Positions 9,424-18,219 of a stretch of DNA of 64,000 nt are shown piece by piece (position 1 is the first letter of the stretch; every line of letters begins with the position of its first letter). Below the pieces are notes generated by a model. That model worked only from the letters and a program-made list of their open reading frames with translations, was not told the origin of the DNA and searched no databases. Origin of the DNA: Gammaproteobacteria bacterium (GTDB lineage Bacteria > Pseudomonadota > Gammaproteobacteria > JAJPIJ01). The DNA lies in the NCBI GenBank assembly GCA_021324815.1, contig JAJPIJ010000051.1:2188-66187 (forward strand), read 5' to 3'. The position numbers and the translations under genes are program-made.

Positions 9424-9683
9424 TGCGCGTGCACATCCCCTCGCAGCTCCAGGATTACACGCGCCACGAAAGCCGGGTGGAGGCGAATGGCGCCACCGTC
9501 GGCGAGGTACTGGCCGACCTTGACCGGCAGTTTCCCGGCATCCGGTTCCGGATCATCGACGAGCAGGACCGCGTCCGCAGGCACCTGCGCATCTTCATCA
9601 ACGAGGAGCAGATCCGCTCGCTCGATGCGCCGCTGAAGGCCGCGGACCGCCTGATCATTTTGGGCGCCCTGAGCGGCGGCTGA
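9423..9683 (+). CDS. MoaD/ThiS-family ubiquitin-like beta-grasp protein with C-terminal Gly-Gly
   Basis: 86 aa ending ...LIILGALSGG-stop. The ATG overlaps the stop of the BNR gene (ATGA coupling). Confidence 0.6.
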   Translation: MRVHIPSQLQDYTRHESRVEANGATVGEVLADLDRQFPGIRFRIIDEQDRVRRHLRIFINEEQIRSLDAPLKAADRLIILGALSGG

Positions 9684-12228
9684 GGTCCGCGGCGCGGAAA
9701 GATTTCGGCAGTTCGAAGATCGCGAACGCCGCCAGAACGGCGGCCAGGCACAGCCCCACGTCGGCCAGGTGCAACTGGCTGAACAGGAACAGGCCGCTCA
9801 ACACGGGAATATAAAGAACCAATCCCAGCAGGGCCACGGCCCCGATCGCGACCCACCACAACGCGGCGTTGGGCACCTTCAATGATTCCAGCGCCGGCCG
9901 CGACCACGAGCGATGGCTGAAAATGAGACTGACGCTGGCCAGCGCCATGGTCGTGAACGTCAGCGCCCGGGCCTCGTTCGCATCGCGGCCGAGCGCGAGC
10001 GCAGCCGAAAATATCGCCAGCACGAGCACGAACAGCACCACCCCCTGCGTCCCTCCGCGCGCGAGGACGTCGCTGTCGAACAGCCGCGCGGCGGCGGGGC
10101 GCGGCGGGCGGCGCATGACGCCCTCCTCCGCCGGCTCGGCCTCGAACACGATCGCGCAGGCGGGATCGATGATGAGTTGCAGAAAAAGAATGTGCACGGG
10201 CATGAGCACGATCGGCCAGCCCATGATCACCGGAACGATGGACATGCCGATGATCGGGATGTGCACGGCGATGACGAAGGCAAACGCCTTCCGCAGGTTG
10301 TCGAAAATGCGGCGCCCGAGCTTCACCGCGCTGACGATCGAGGAGAAATCATCGTCCAGCAGCACCAGCGCGGCGGATTCGCGCGCCACGTCGGTCCCGC
10401 GGCCGCCCATGGCGATGCCGATGTGCGCCGCCTTGAGCGCCGGCGCGTCGTTCACGCCGTCGCCGGTCATGGCGACGATTTCGCCGCCGGCCTTGAACGC
10501 CTCGACCAGCCGCAGCTTCTGCTCCGGCACCACCCGGCAGAAGACGCGGATGTCCCCGAGCCGTCGCTGCAACCCGGCGTCATCCAGCGCGTCGAGCTCG
10601 GCCCCGGTCATGACGCCGCCCGATCCATCGAGGCCGATCTGCCGGGCGACGCTTTGCGCGGTGGCGGGGTGATCGCCGGTGATCATGACGACGCGCAGGC
10701 CGGCCCGGCGGCTCTCGGCGATGGCCGCCTCCGCCATCGGCCGCAGCGGATCGACGAGCGCGACGAGACCGAGCAGTCGGAACTCAAAATCATGCTGGAT
10801 CTCCGGCAGGGCCGGGCGGCTGAACTCCGCCCGCGCCACGCCGAGCACCCGCAGGCCCCGCCCGGCCAGCGCGTCGACCCGCCGCATCAGCGCGGCGGTG
10901 TCGGCGGCGCCCAGGTGGCACAGATCGGCGATGGCCTCCGGCGATCCCTTGGCCGCGATGACGTAATCCCCGCCCGTGGGCGATCGCCAGACCCGCGACA
11001 TCGCCAGCAGGTCCTTCGACAACGGATAGTCCTCCACCAGCAGCCAGTCGGCGTGCAGATGCTCGGTCTCCGCGAGCAGTTCGAGGCCCGCTTCGCGGAT
11101 CGCCTTCTCGGTCGGATCGAAGGGATCGCGGTGGCTCGCCAGCACCGCGAATTCCAGGGTTTCGTGGAACGTTTCGGGGAACTCCCGGCCCGCGGACAGC
11201 GTGACGTCGAAAATCTGATCATCGACCGCGATCTGCGCCAGCGTCATGCGGTTCTGGGTCAGCGTGCCGGTCTTGTCCACGCACAGCACCGTGGCGGCAC
11301 CCAGCATTTCCACGGCGGGTATGCGCCGGGTCAGCACCTGTTCCCTGGCGATGCGCCACGCGCCCAGCCCCAGAAAAATGGCCAGCACCACCGGCAGTTC
11401 CTCCGGCAGGATCGCCATGGCCAGCGTCAGGCCGGCGAGAAAGCCGTGCAGCCAGTCCGCGCGCGTGACGCCATACCACACCGCGACGCCCACCGCCAGC
11501 GCGGAGCCGAACCACGCCAGGCGCTTCACCACCTGCGCGATCTCACGCTGGACGTGGGTCGCCTCCGGTGCGATGGACGAGAGGGATTTGCCGATGCGGC
11601 CCATGGCGGCGCCGGCGCCCGTGGCCAGCACGCGCGCGATGCCCTGGCCCTGCGTCACCAGCGTGCCGGCGAACACAAACGGCAGATCGTCGCCGCCGGG
11701 CCGGCCCATGGCCGCCGGCGCCGCGTCGGCGGCCTGCTTGCGCACCGGCGACGATTCGCCGGTCAGCAGCGATTCGTCGACGGCGAGGCTTTTGCCCTCC
11801 AGCAGCACGCCGTCCGCCGGCACGCGATCGCCCTCGGAAAGAACCATGAGATCCCCGCGCACCACCTCGCGGCCGGCGATGCGGATTTGCGCGCCGTCGC
11901 GGATGACGAGCGCGCGCGGGCTGGTGAGATCGCGCAGGGCCTCCAGCGTGCGCTCCGCCTTGTGTTCCTGGACAAAGGTGATGCCCATGACCACGAAGAC
12001 GAAGGCCAGCAGCATCAGGGCCTCCTGGCTGTCGCCGAGCAGCAGGTAGATGACCCCGCAGGCCACCAGCAGCATGAGCATGGGTTCGAGCGCGATGCCG
12101 AGCGCGATCGCAAATGCGCTGCGCGGCCTCGCCGCTGGAAGCTCGTTGTACCCCTCCCTCGCCAGCAGTTCGGCCGCCCGGGCGGCGGTCAAACCCCGGG
12201 GAAGGGACATCGGCGATGCGGGATTCAT
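9655..12228 (-). CDS. cation-transporting P-type ATPase (type II, Ca2+/Mg2+-like)
   Basis: 857 aa. Phosphorylation motif DKTGTLT, TGES-like and GDGVNDAPAL motifs, 10 TM pattern. The antisense 862-aa ORF is rejected. Confidence 0.9.
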   Translation of the reverse strand: MNPASPMSLPRGLTAARAAELLAREGYNELPAARPRSAFAIALGIALEPMLMLLVACGVIYLLLGDSQEALMLLAFVFVVMGITFVQEHKAERTLEALRDLTSPRALVIRDGAQIRIAGREVVRGDLMVLSEGDRVPADGVLLEGKSLAVDESLLTGESSPVRKQAADAAPAAMGRPGGDDLPFVFAGTLVTQGQGIARVLATGAGAAMGRIGKSLSSIAPEATHVQREIAQVVKRLAWFGSALAVGVAVWYGVTRADWLHGFLAGLTLAMAILPEELPVVLAIFLGLGAWRIAREQVLTRRIPAVEMLGAATVLCVDKTGTLTQNRMTLAQIAVDDQIFDVTLSAGREFPETFHETLEFAVLASHRDPFDPTEKAIREAGLELLAETEHLHADWLLVEDYPLSKDLLAMSRVWRSPTGGDYVIAAKGSPEAIADLCHLGAADTAALMRRVDALAGRGLRVLGVARAEFSRPALPEIQHDFEFRLLGLVALVDPLRPMAEAAIAESRRAGLRVVMITGDHPATAQSVARQIGLDGSGGVMTGAELDALDDAGLQRRLGDIRVFCRVVPEQKLRLVEAFKAGGEIVAMTGDGVNDAPALKAAHIGIAMGGRGTDVARESAALVLLDDDFSSIVSAVKLGRRIFDNLRKAFAFVIAVHIPIIGMSIVPVIMGWPIVLMPVHILFLQLIIDPACAIVFEAEPAEEGVMRRPPRPAAARLFDSDVLARGGTQGVVLFVLVLAIFSAALALGRDANEARALTFTTMALASVSLIFSHRSWSRPALESLKVPNAALWWVAIGAVALLGLVLYIPVLSGLFLFSQLHLADVGLCLAAVLAAFAIFELPKSFRAADLSRRSGRPK

Positions 12229-12348
12229 CTGCGGGTCATGGCCGTTCGATGGCGGGGCGGCGCCGTATCGGGCGGGGAATATGGCAAACTATTCTGCACC
12301 CCGATGCCCCCGCCGTGCCAGCGCGGAAACGCCAGGACTGGAGGATAT

Positions 12349-12760
12349 GCCCCCCTTGATCAGGCTTCCCTTCGCACTTGTGCGCATCCTGCTGGTGGGC
12401 GCGGTCACCACGGCGGCGGTGTCGCTGCTTCGTTATCAACTGGTCGAGCCGGATGCCGTCGCGCAACTGTGTCTGCGCGCCGATGCGCCGGCATGGTGTG
12501 AGGGGAGACGCTGGATCGTGCTGGGATTCGCATGGAACGCCTACGGGTGGGCGAGTGTTGTGTTTGCAGTCGCGGCGCTGTTCACCCGTTCGATCATCCC
12601 GGCCATGGCCGGATTGGTGCTGGGCCTGACGGGCGCCTTATTTTACCGCTACTTCCCGGCCGGCCTGGGATTGCTGTCGAGCGCATTGCTGCTCGCCCGC
12701 CGGTGGACGCCGCCAGCCGCACGTGCCGCCGGCAAGCAGCACGCACAACGCGGCCCATGA
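12349..12760 (+). CDS. possible small membrane protein (doubtful)
   Basis: Hydrophobic ORF. It overlaps the 3' end of the convergent GH17 gene by about 120 bp, so it may be spurious. Confidence 0.2.
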
Positions 12761-14311
12761 CCAGACGGTGAAGTTCAGGCCCTTCTCGGCGATGAGGATC
12801 AGCACGGCCGCGAGCGGCAGCCACCACGCCATCAGCAGCTCCTCCGGCGCCAACGGCGCGCGTTCCGCATCGCGCCCCCTCACCGCCTCCAGCAGCGCCA
12901 GGCCCGCGACCGGCAGCGCCAGCAGCGGGATCGGGAAATCCCGGTAGCGCCCATCCAGCACCAATCCCAGATTCAGATACGACAGGCCGGCCAGCAGTCC
13001 GAAACGCAGCAGCCCCAGGGTGTGGGACATCGACCAGCCGCCACGGCGGCGCAGGACGACCGCCACCTCCTCGATGCCGGCGACTCGCGGCAGTGCCGCG
13101 CCTGCGCCCGCCCACGACCTGAGCGCGATCAGCGCGCAAAAAAACGCCAGCCACCCCCACGCAGCGCCCGCGCCGGACAACATCCATTCGGCGGCATCGC
13201 GGCTGTCGCGGCTCAGATACTCGCATTGCGCCGCCAGCGCGGCGCCCGCGGCGACGCCGGCCGCCGCCATCAGGAACATGCCGCGGCGGCCGGCGCGCGG
13301 CGGAACGACGGCGCCGATAATCATGAAGAGCAGCGCCCCCGCGGACGCGGCTTGCAGGCCGCCGCGCCAATCCTCCGTTTCGCGCACGGGACCCTGCAAA
13401 CTGAATTTTGACGCGCCATTGACATCGTACAATCCCCATGAGCCGCCGACCGTTCCCTCGGCGGCGCGCTTCCACGGCTGGTCGTAGGCCTCGAACAGGT
13501 TGTAATCGATCCCGTGCTCCACGGCGTAACGGGTGAACTCGCGTAGGTAGCGCGCGGCGTTGACCCTGGAGGGTATGGCGCCCCCGCGCGGGCGCCCGGC
13601 GGTCGGCCAGCCGGTCTCGCCGATGAGTATGTGTCTGCCGGGAAACTGCCGTTGCATTTCCGCGTAGACTTCGCGCGCGTGATCGAGCGCCGCGCCCACG
13701 GCGACCGGATGGTTCTCCCAGTACGGCAGGATGTGGATGGTGATGAGCGACGCCGCGCCGGCGAGGCCGGGATGCCGCCGCCAGAATTCCCAGACGTCGG
13801 CGTAGGTGACCGGCAGTCGCGTGGCGGCGCGCACGCGTTCGAGATACCCGCGCAGCGCCTCCTCGCTCTGCTCATGCCGCAGCAACACCTCGTTGCCGAC
13901 GACGATGGCGCGGATGACATCGGCGTTTTCCGCCGCCACGCGCGTGGCCGTGCGGATCTCCGCCTCGTTGTCCGCCGCGTCGGGTCCTATCCAGACGCCG
14001 AGCAGCACCTTCATCCCGTATTTGCGCGCGACGGCGGGCACGGCGTCCAGGCCGCGCGCCACGGCGTAGGTGCGCACGCACTGGAAGCGATCGGCGAGGC
14101 GTCGCAGGTCGGCGTCAATCTGCGCCGGCGTCATCACGGCTTCCGCCGTCGCCATCCGCCGTGCCGGCGTGTAGGACACGCAGGCCAGCCGCCCCGCGGG
14201 CGCGTCGGGAAGACTGACAGGGCGCCCGGCCTCCCAACAACGAAGCATGGAAAAAATCGCCCCTGCCGCAACCATCATGAGCAGGGCCAGTTTGCGGCCC
14301 GATTCGTTCAA
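12638..14311 (-). CDS. glycoside hydrolase family 17 domain fused to C-terminal polytopic membrane domain (beta-glucan synthase NdvC-like)
   Basis: GH17 catalytic motifs IVVGNEVLL and LIGETGWPTAG. The C-terminal half has multiple hydrophobic helices. Confidence 0.75.
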   Translation of the reverse strand: MNESGRKLALLMMVAAGAIFSMLRCWEAGRPVSLPDAPAGRLACVSYTPARRMATAEAVMTPAQIDADLRRLADRFQCVRTYAVARGLDAVPAVARKYGMKVLLGVWIGPDAADNEAEIRTATRVAAENADVIRAIVVGNEVLLRHEQSEEALRGYLERVRAATRLPVTYADVWEFWRRHPGLAGAASLITIHILPYWENHPVAVGAALDHAREVYAEMQRQFPGRHILIGETGWPTAGRPRGGAIPSRVNAARYLREFTRYAVEHGIDYNLFEAYDQPWKRAAEGTVGGSWGLYDVNGASKFSLQGPVRETEDWRGGLQAASAGALLFMIIGAVVPPRAGRRGMFLMAAAGVAAGAALAAQCEYLSRDSRDAAEWMLSGAGAAWGWLAFFCALIALRSWAGAGAALPRVAGIEEVAVVLRRRGGWSMSHTLGLLRFGLLAGLSYLNLGLVLDGRYRDFPIPLLALPVAGLALLEAVRGRDAERAPLAPEELLMAWWLPLAAVLILIAEKGLNFTVWSWAALCVLLAGGTCGWRRPPAGEQQCARQQSQAGREVAVK

Positions 14312-14332
14312 GCGTGGTTCCGCCGTCCGTGA

Positions 14333-14713
14333 TTATTTTTTCAATAACGAGGCCAGGCCGGCGAAGGGCTGAAAAGTCGCGGGCTTCGGAGCGCGCGCAT
14401 CAGCCGTCGCCGCGCCGCCGTAGCGCGCCTGATCGACGTGACGCGCGTGCTCCTGGTCGTGACAATAGAGACAGAGCAATTCCCAGTTGCTGCCGTCGGG
14501 CGGATTGTTGTCGTGGTTGTGATCGCGGTGGTGCACCGTGAGCTCCTGCAGATTCTCGCGCGTGAATTCGCGGCCGCAGCGGCCGCAGACCCATGGATAG
14601 AGCTTGAGCGCCCGTTCCCGATACTCCTGCCCGCGCTGCCCGCGGTTGCGCCGCGCCTCATGGACCATGCGGTCCAGTCTGCCTTGATCGGGACCGTCCT
14701 TCCTTGCCTTCAT
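14333..14713 (-). CDS. yajD: HNH nuclease YajD family protein
   Basis: Motifs YPWVCGRCGREF...LTVHH.DHNHDNNPPDGSNWELLCLYCHD match the E. coli YajD pattern almost residue-for-residue. Confidence 0.8.
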   Translation of the reverse strand: MKARKDGPDQGRLDRMVHEARRNRGQRGQEYRERALKLYPWVCGRCGREFTRENLQELTVHHRDHNHDNNPPDGSNWELLCLYCHDQEHARHVDQARYGGAATADARAPKPATFQPFAGLASLLKK

Positions 14714-14739
14714 CGTCGCGACCGCCTGACGGGGACAGG

Positions 14740-15135
14740 CTAGTGAAACGCCTTTTTCATGCATTGATCGCGGACCTCCGCGGCCGCGCCGGCCAGCTTT
14801 TGTTTCTCCACCGGCAGGGCACGGTAGACGGGATCGCCGCCGTTGTGGGTCACCAGCGCGACATAGTCGTCAAACGTCAGGTCCAGGGTCAGCCTGCCGT
14901 TCAGGCAATTGCAGAATTGCTCGTGGCCGAAGGACTTCAGGCACGCGGCGTGGCGCTCATCCGAGATCTTTTTCAACTCCGCCAGGGTGTCGAGCACCTT
15001 GAAGCCCGGATCGGTCGTTGGCGCGGCAGGTCCCGGCTCCGTTCCGGCGGCTCCGGCCGCGGCAACGGCAAAAGCCAGCGGGAGCATGAACGCGGCGGAG
15101 GTCATGGCGCGCCGGGTCATCACCAGTACAGCCAC
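14740..15135 (-). CDS. secreted hypothetical protein (signal peptide, 4 Cys)
   Basis: N-terminal hydrophobic signal-like segment. 131 aa. Overlaps the upstream gene by 16 nt, so possibly an operon. Confidence 0.4.
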   Translation of the reverse strand: MAVLVMTRRAMTSAAFMLPLAFAVAAAGAAGTEPGPAAPTTDPGFKVLDTLAELKKISDERHAACLKSFGHEQFCNCLNGRLTLDLTFDDYVALVTHNGGDPVYRALPVEKQKLAGAAAEVRDQCMKKAFH

Positions 15136-15833
15136 CAGGTGCCGTCGGAACGGATGGCGTGGCCTTGCAGGGTGATGCGCGCGTCGAGCGGATTGCCTGG
15201 CTCGATTTCGGGCATCGGCGCGATTTGATGCACCGTATGGCCGGAGTGGATGACCATGCCGCCGGGTTGATAGCGATGCAGCGCCGGCGTGGAGGCAAAC
15301 ACCTTCCTGGCAATTTCATCCATCGGCAGGCCGCGCACCTCTTCGTGACGGATGTCCCAGGTGTGCAGCCCGCCGCCGCCGCGCGGCAGCACCACGCTGG
15401 CCGTGAAGGAGACGGGATGCTCGAAGTCCGGCTGCGGATGGTCGCGCCAGTCGATGAGCTGGTATTGCAGGTCGACGTGGATGGAGGCGATGGACTGCCG
15501 GAACAGCGGCACCGGCAGGAAGATGTGGAAGCCCGGCCGGCCGGCGCGCCACTCGTAGTCGCACCTCCCTCCCAGATGCTGGGCCAGTGACCTCGCCAAT
15601 TTGTCATACAGCCAGCCGAAGTTTTTCTCCAGCACCGGGTTCAACCTCGCGGCCTTGTCGTAGTAGCGCGTCTTGCGGGTGGCCGGATCGGTGGCGTCGA
15701 GATAGCTCGCCGCACCCAGGGTGTAGAACGGCGCCTCCGCGTGGCGCTGTTCCCAGTGCGCGCGCAGGGCATGGACGGTCTCCGCGGTGCGGCGGCATTC
15801 CTCGTCGTTCAGAAATGGATATTGCTCAAACAT
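15120..15833 (-). CDS. hypothetical protein, possibly cupin/2OG-Fe(II) oxygenase-like
   Basis: 237 aa. Has HxD (IHVD) and a distal His (GHTVH) that could form a facial triad. Weak assignment. Confidence 0.45.
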   Translation of the reverse strand: MFEQYPFLNDEECRRTAETVHALRAHWEQRHAEAPFYTLGAASYLDATDPATRKTRYYDKAARLNPVLEKNFGWLYDKLARSLAQHLGGRCDYEWRAGRPGFHIFLPVPLFRQSIASIHVDLQYQLIDWRDHPQPDFEHPVSFTASVVLPRGGGGLHTWDIRHEEVRGLPMDEIARKVFASTPALHRYQPGGMVIHSGHTVHQIAPMPEIEPGNPLDARITLQGHAIRSDGTWWLYW

Positions 15834-16101
15834 GGCGGCTCATTTTGCATCAGTGTAGCCCAATGCGCGCAGAATTCATCTGAGCGAATTGCGCCAACCC
15901 ATTGTTGCACAAATAAAACAGATATGTTTCAATGGAGGGGTTGCAGAGTGTTGCAGACATGCGTCCATCGTCCAAGGATACGCAGGCTGCGAAATGAAAG
16001 CCGTTCCGTCTCATTCGATCTGCCGTTATGGGCGGTCATCAACCGCTGTTATCGCATGTTCGCCTCTTCATTTTCGATTTTCGCACGAAAGGGATATGCC
16101 C

Positions 16102-16485
16102 ATGAACATTTATGTCGGTAATCTTGCCTACAGTGTCACGGATGCTGAGTTGAAATCCGTTTTCGAGCCGTATGGTCAGGTGGTTTCCGCCGAGGTCATC
16201 ATCGACAAGCGCACGCGCCGCTCGCGCGGTTATGGTTTTGTGCGCATGGCCAGTGACGCCGAGGGCCGCGCCGCCATCCAGGCGCTGGACGGCAGGGAGT
16301 TCCAGGGACGGCCGTTGCGCGTCGATGAATCCAAACCGGGCGGACAGGACAAGCGGCCGCAGGCCGGCGGCGGCCGTCCCTCGCGCAGCCACGGTCGCCA
16401 GCAACGCCCCGCCACTCCGCCGGCGCCTGCCGCTCCCGCGGGCGGCATCCTGTCGTTCTTCAAAAAGATTTTTTCCAGAGGCTGA
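16102..16485 (+). CDS. RRM-type RNA-binding protein with Gly/Arg/Pro-rich C-terminus
   Basis: RNP-1-like motif RGYGFVRM and RNP-2-like motif IYVGNL. Preceded by a 267-bp leader. Confidence 0.8.
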   Translation: MNIYVGNLAYSVTDAELKSVFEPYGQVVSAEVIIDKRTRRSRGYGFVRMASDAEGRAAIQALDGREFQGRPLRVDESKPGGQDKRPQAGGGRPSRSHGRQQRPATPPAPAAPAGGILSFFKKIFSRG

Positions 16486-16525
16486 CCTCATCCCGATCAC
16501 GCGGCGGTGCCGCGTGATCGGTCTC

Positions 16526-17533
16526 TCAACCCTGCTCCAGCAATTTGCGCAAATCGCCCAGCGCCGCATTGGCGCGGGAGAGATAGCTCGCCATGACCAG
16601 CGAGTGGTTGGCCACGAAGCCGAAGCCGGTGCCGTTCAGAATCATCGGGCTCCAGACCGTGGCCTGCGTCCCCTCCAGCTCGCGGATGATCTGCTGCAAA
16701 CTGACCAGGGCGTTCTTTTTCTCGAGCACACCGTGAAAATCGATCTCGGCCGCCTTCAGGAATAAAATCAGCGCCCAGGCGGAGCCGCGCGCCTCGTAGA
16801 AGACGTTGTCGATCTCCAGCCACGGCGTCTTGACGTTGATCCGGGCCCGCTCGTCGGTGGAGCCGGCAATGGCGGTGGGGCTGTTGAGATCGATGTTGAC
16901 CCGCTCCTGGCCGACGCTGGCGGACAGCCGTTGCGACAGGCTGCCGAGGCGCTTCTCAATCAGCGCCAGCCAGTCGCGCAGGTTGTCGGCGCGGGCATAA
17001 AACTGGGCGTTTTGATCCTTTTCATTCAGCAGCCGCGCCAGATAGCGCTCCAGCGCCTCGTTGCCGGCGCGGTACTCGCTTTCGCTCGACGGCAGGATCC
17101 AGGCGTCGTTCTGGTAGTTGAAGTGCGGCTCAGCGGTCTGCAAATCGGGATCCTCGGTGGATTGCGACTGCGAGCGGCTCATGTCGTTGCGCAGCGCCTT
17201 GGCGAGATCGCGCACCTGCGTCAGCACGCCGAACTCCCAGCTCGGCATGTTGTCCATGAACACGCCCGGCGGCATCACGTCGTTGCTCAGGTAGCCGCCG
17301 CGCTTGTCCAGCAGCGTGTTCACGGTCTCGATCAGCGTCGAGGTGATGACCACGCCCGGCCACAGCTTCTTTTCATCCCCGCCCACCCGCTTGAGCGCCA
17401 CCGCCTTCACGTCGAACAGCGCCGGCTCGCTGTCCCAGTACTCCATCAGCGCCAGATTGATCACGATGATGACGGCGAGAATGCCGCCAATCTCCAGCCG
17501 CAGGCGGCTGGTCCATCCATCCATCATTCCCAT
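16526..17533 (-). CDS. DUF2333 family protein with single N-terminal TM helix
   Basis: 335 aa. Family assignment from memory. Lies immediately downstream of serB on the same strand. Confidence 0.45.
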   Translation of the reverse strand: MGMMDGWTSRLRLEIGGILAVIIVINLALMEYWDSEPALFDVKAVALKRVGGDEKKLWPGVVITSTLIETVNTLLDKRGGYLSNDVMPPGVFMDNMPSWEFGVLTQVRDLAKALRNDMSRSQSQSTEDPDLQTAEPHFNYQNDAWILPSSESEYRAGNEALERYLARLLNEKDQNAQFYARADNLRDWLALIEKRLGSLSQRLSASVGQERVNIDLNSPTAIAGSTDERARINVKTPWLEIDNVFYEARGSAWALILFLKAAEIDFHGVLEKKNALVSLQQIIRELEGTQATVWSPMILNGTGFGFVANHSLVMASYLSRANAALGDLRKLLEQG

Positions 17534-17534
17534 T

Positions 17535-18209
17535 TCACTCTCCTGTCCGAATATTGCCGCGCTCCCGCGGCGTCAGTATGACATTGAGCACCGGCAGCAA
17601 CGACGGACCTTCAATATAGGCATCCGCCCGCCGCACCATCGCCTCGCGCCGCGCCACCCCCCCGAAACCGATGACGGTGACGCCGGCATGCGCCGCCTCC
17701 AAATCAGTCGCGCCATCGCCCACCAGCACGGCCTCGCCGGGCTTGAGCTTCAGCCGGCGGCAGATTTCCGCCTTGCCGCCGCTCCCGGCCAGCGGCGAGG
17801 ATTCGTCGAAGCCCGCGTAGTTGCCGGCGTCATCGAAAAACACATCGACGGCATGCACCTGCGCCGCGGGAACGCCAAAACGTCCCGCAAGGGCCAGCAC
17901 TGCCGGCTTGAGCCCGCCGCTGACGATATGCACCGTCCGTCCCGACTGCTGCAGCGCGGCCACCACCTCGACCGCCCCCGGTACGATTCCGGCGATGTAT
18001 TGCGCGCCCAGCCAGTCGACATCCTCCCGCCTCGGCCGGATGAGCGCCAGCCGGCGCCGGTAGACCTCCTCCAGCGGCAGCCGCCCGTCCATGGCGGCGC
18101 GCGTCAGCGGGGCGATCGCGGCCTCCATCCCGGCGCGGCGCGCCAGCAGATTGATGCCCTCGACCGCGGACAGCGTGCTGTCGCAATCGAACAGCACGAC
18201 CTTGATCAT
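17535..18209 (-). CDS. serB: HAD-family phosphoserine phosphatase
   Basis: HAD motif I FDCDSTL, VGDGATD motif. Adjacent to serA. Confidence 0.7.
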   Translation of the reverse strand: MIKVVLFDCDSTLSAVEGINLLARRAGMEAAIAPLTRAAMDGRLPLEEVYRRRLALIRPRREDVDWLGAQYIAGIVPGAVEVVAALQQSGRTVHIVSGGLKPAVLALAGRFGVPAAQVHAVDVFFDDAGNYAGFDESSPLAGSGGKAEICRRLKLKPGEAVLVGDGATDLEAAHAGVTVIGFGGVARREAMVRRADAYIEGPSLLPVLNVILTPRERGNIRTGE

Positions 18210-18219
18210 GGCGGCGATC

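Noticed and set aside
9913-12501. 862-aa antisense ORF opposite the P-type ATPase (and similar long antisense ORFs at 25447-28251, 31378-33123, 35107-37740, 18277-19851, 39753-41501)
   Set aside because: All are Arg/Ala/Gly/Pro/His-rich with no motifs. They mirror clearly conserved genes (ATPase, RND, DnaK, RecN, SerA, GspE). They are classic GC-rich shadow ORFs.
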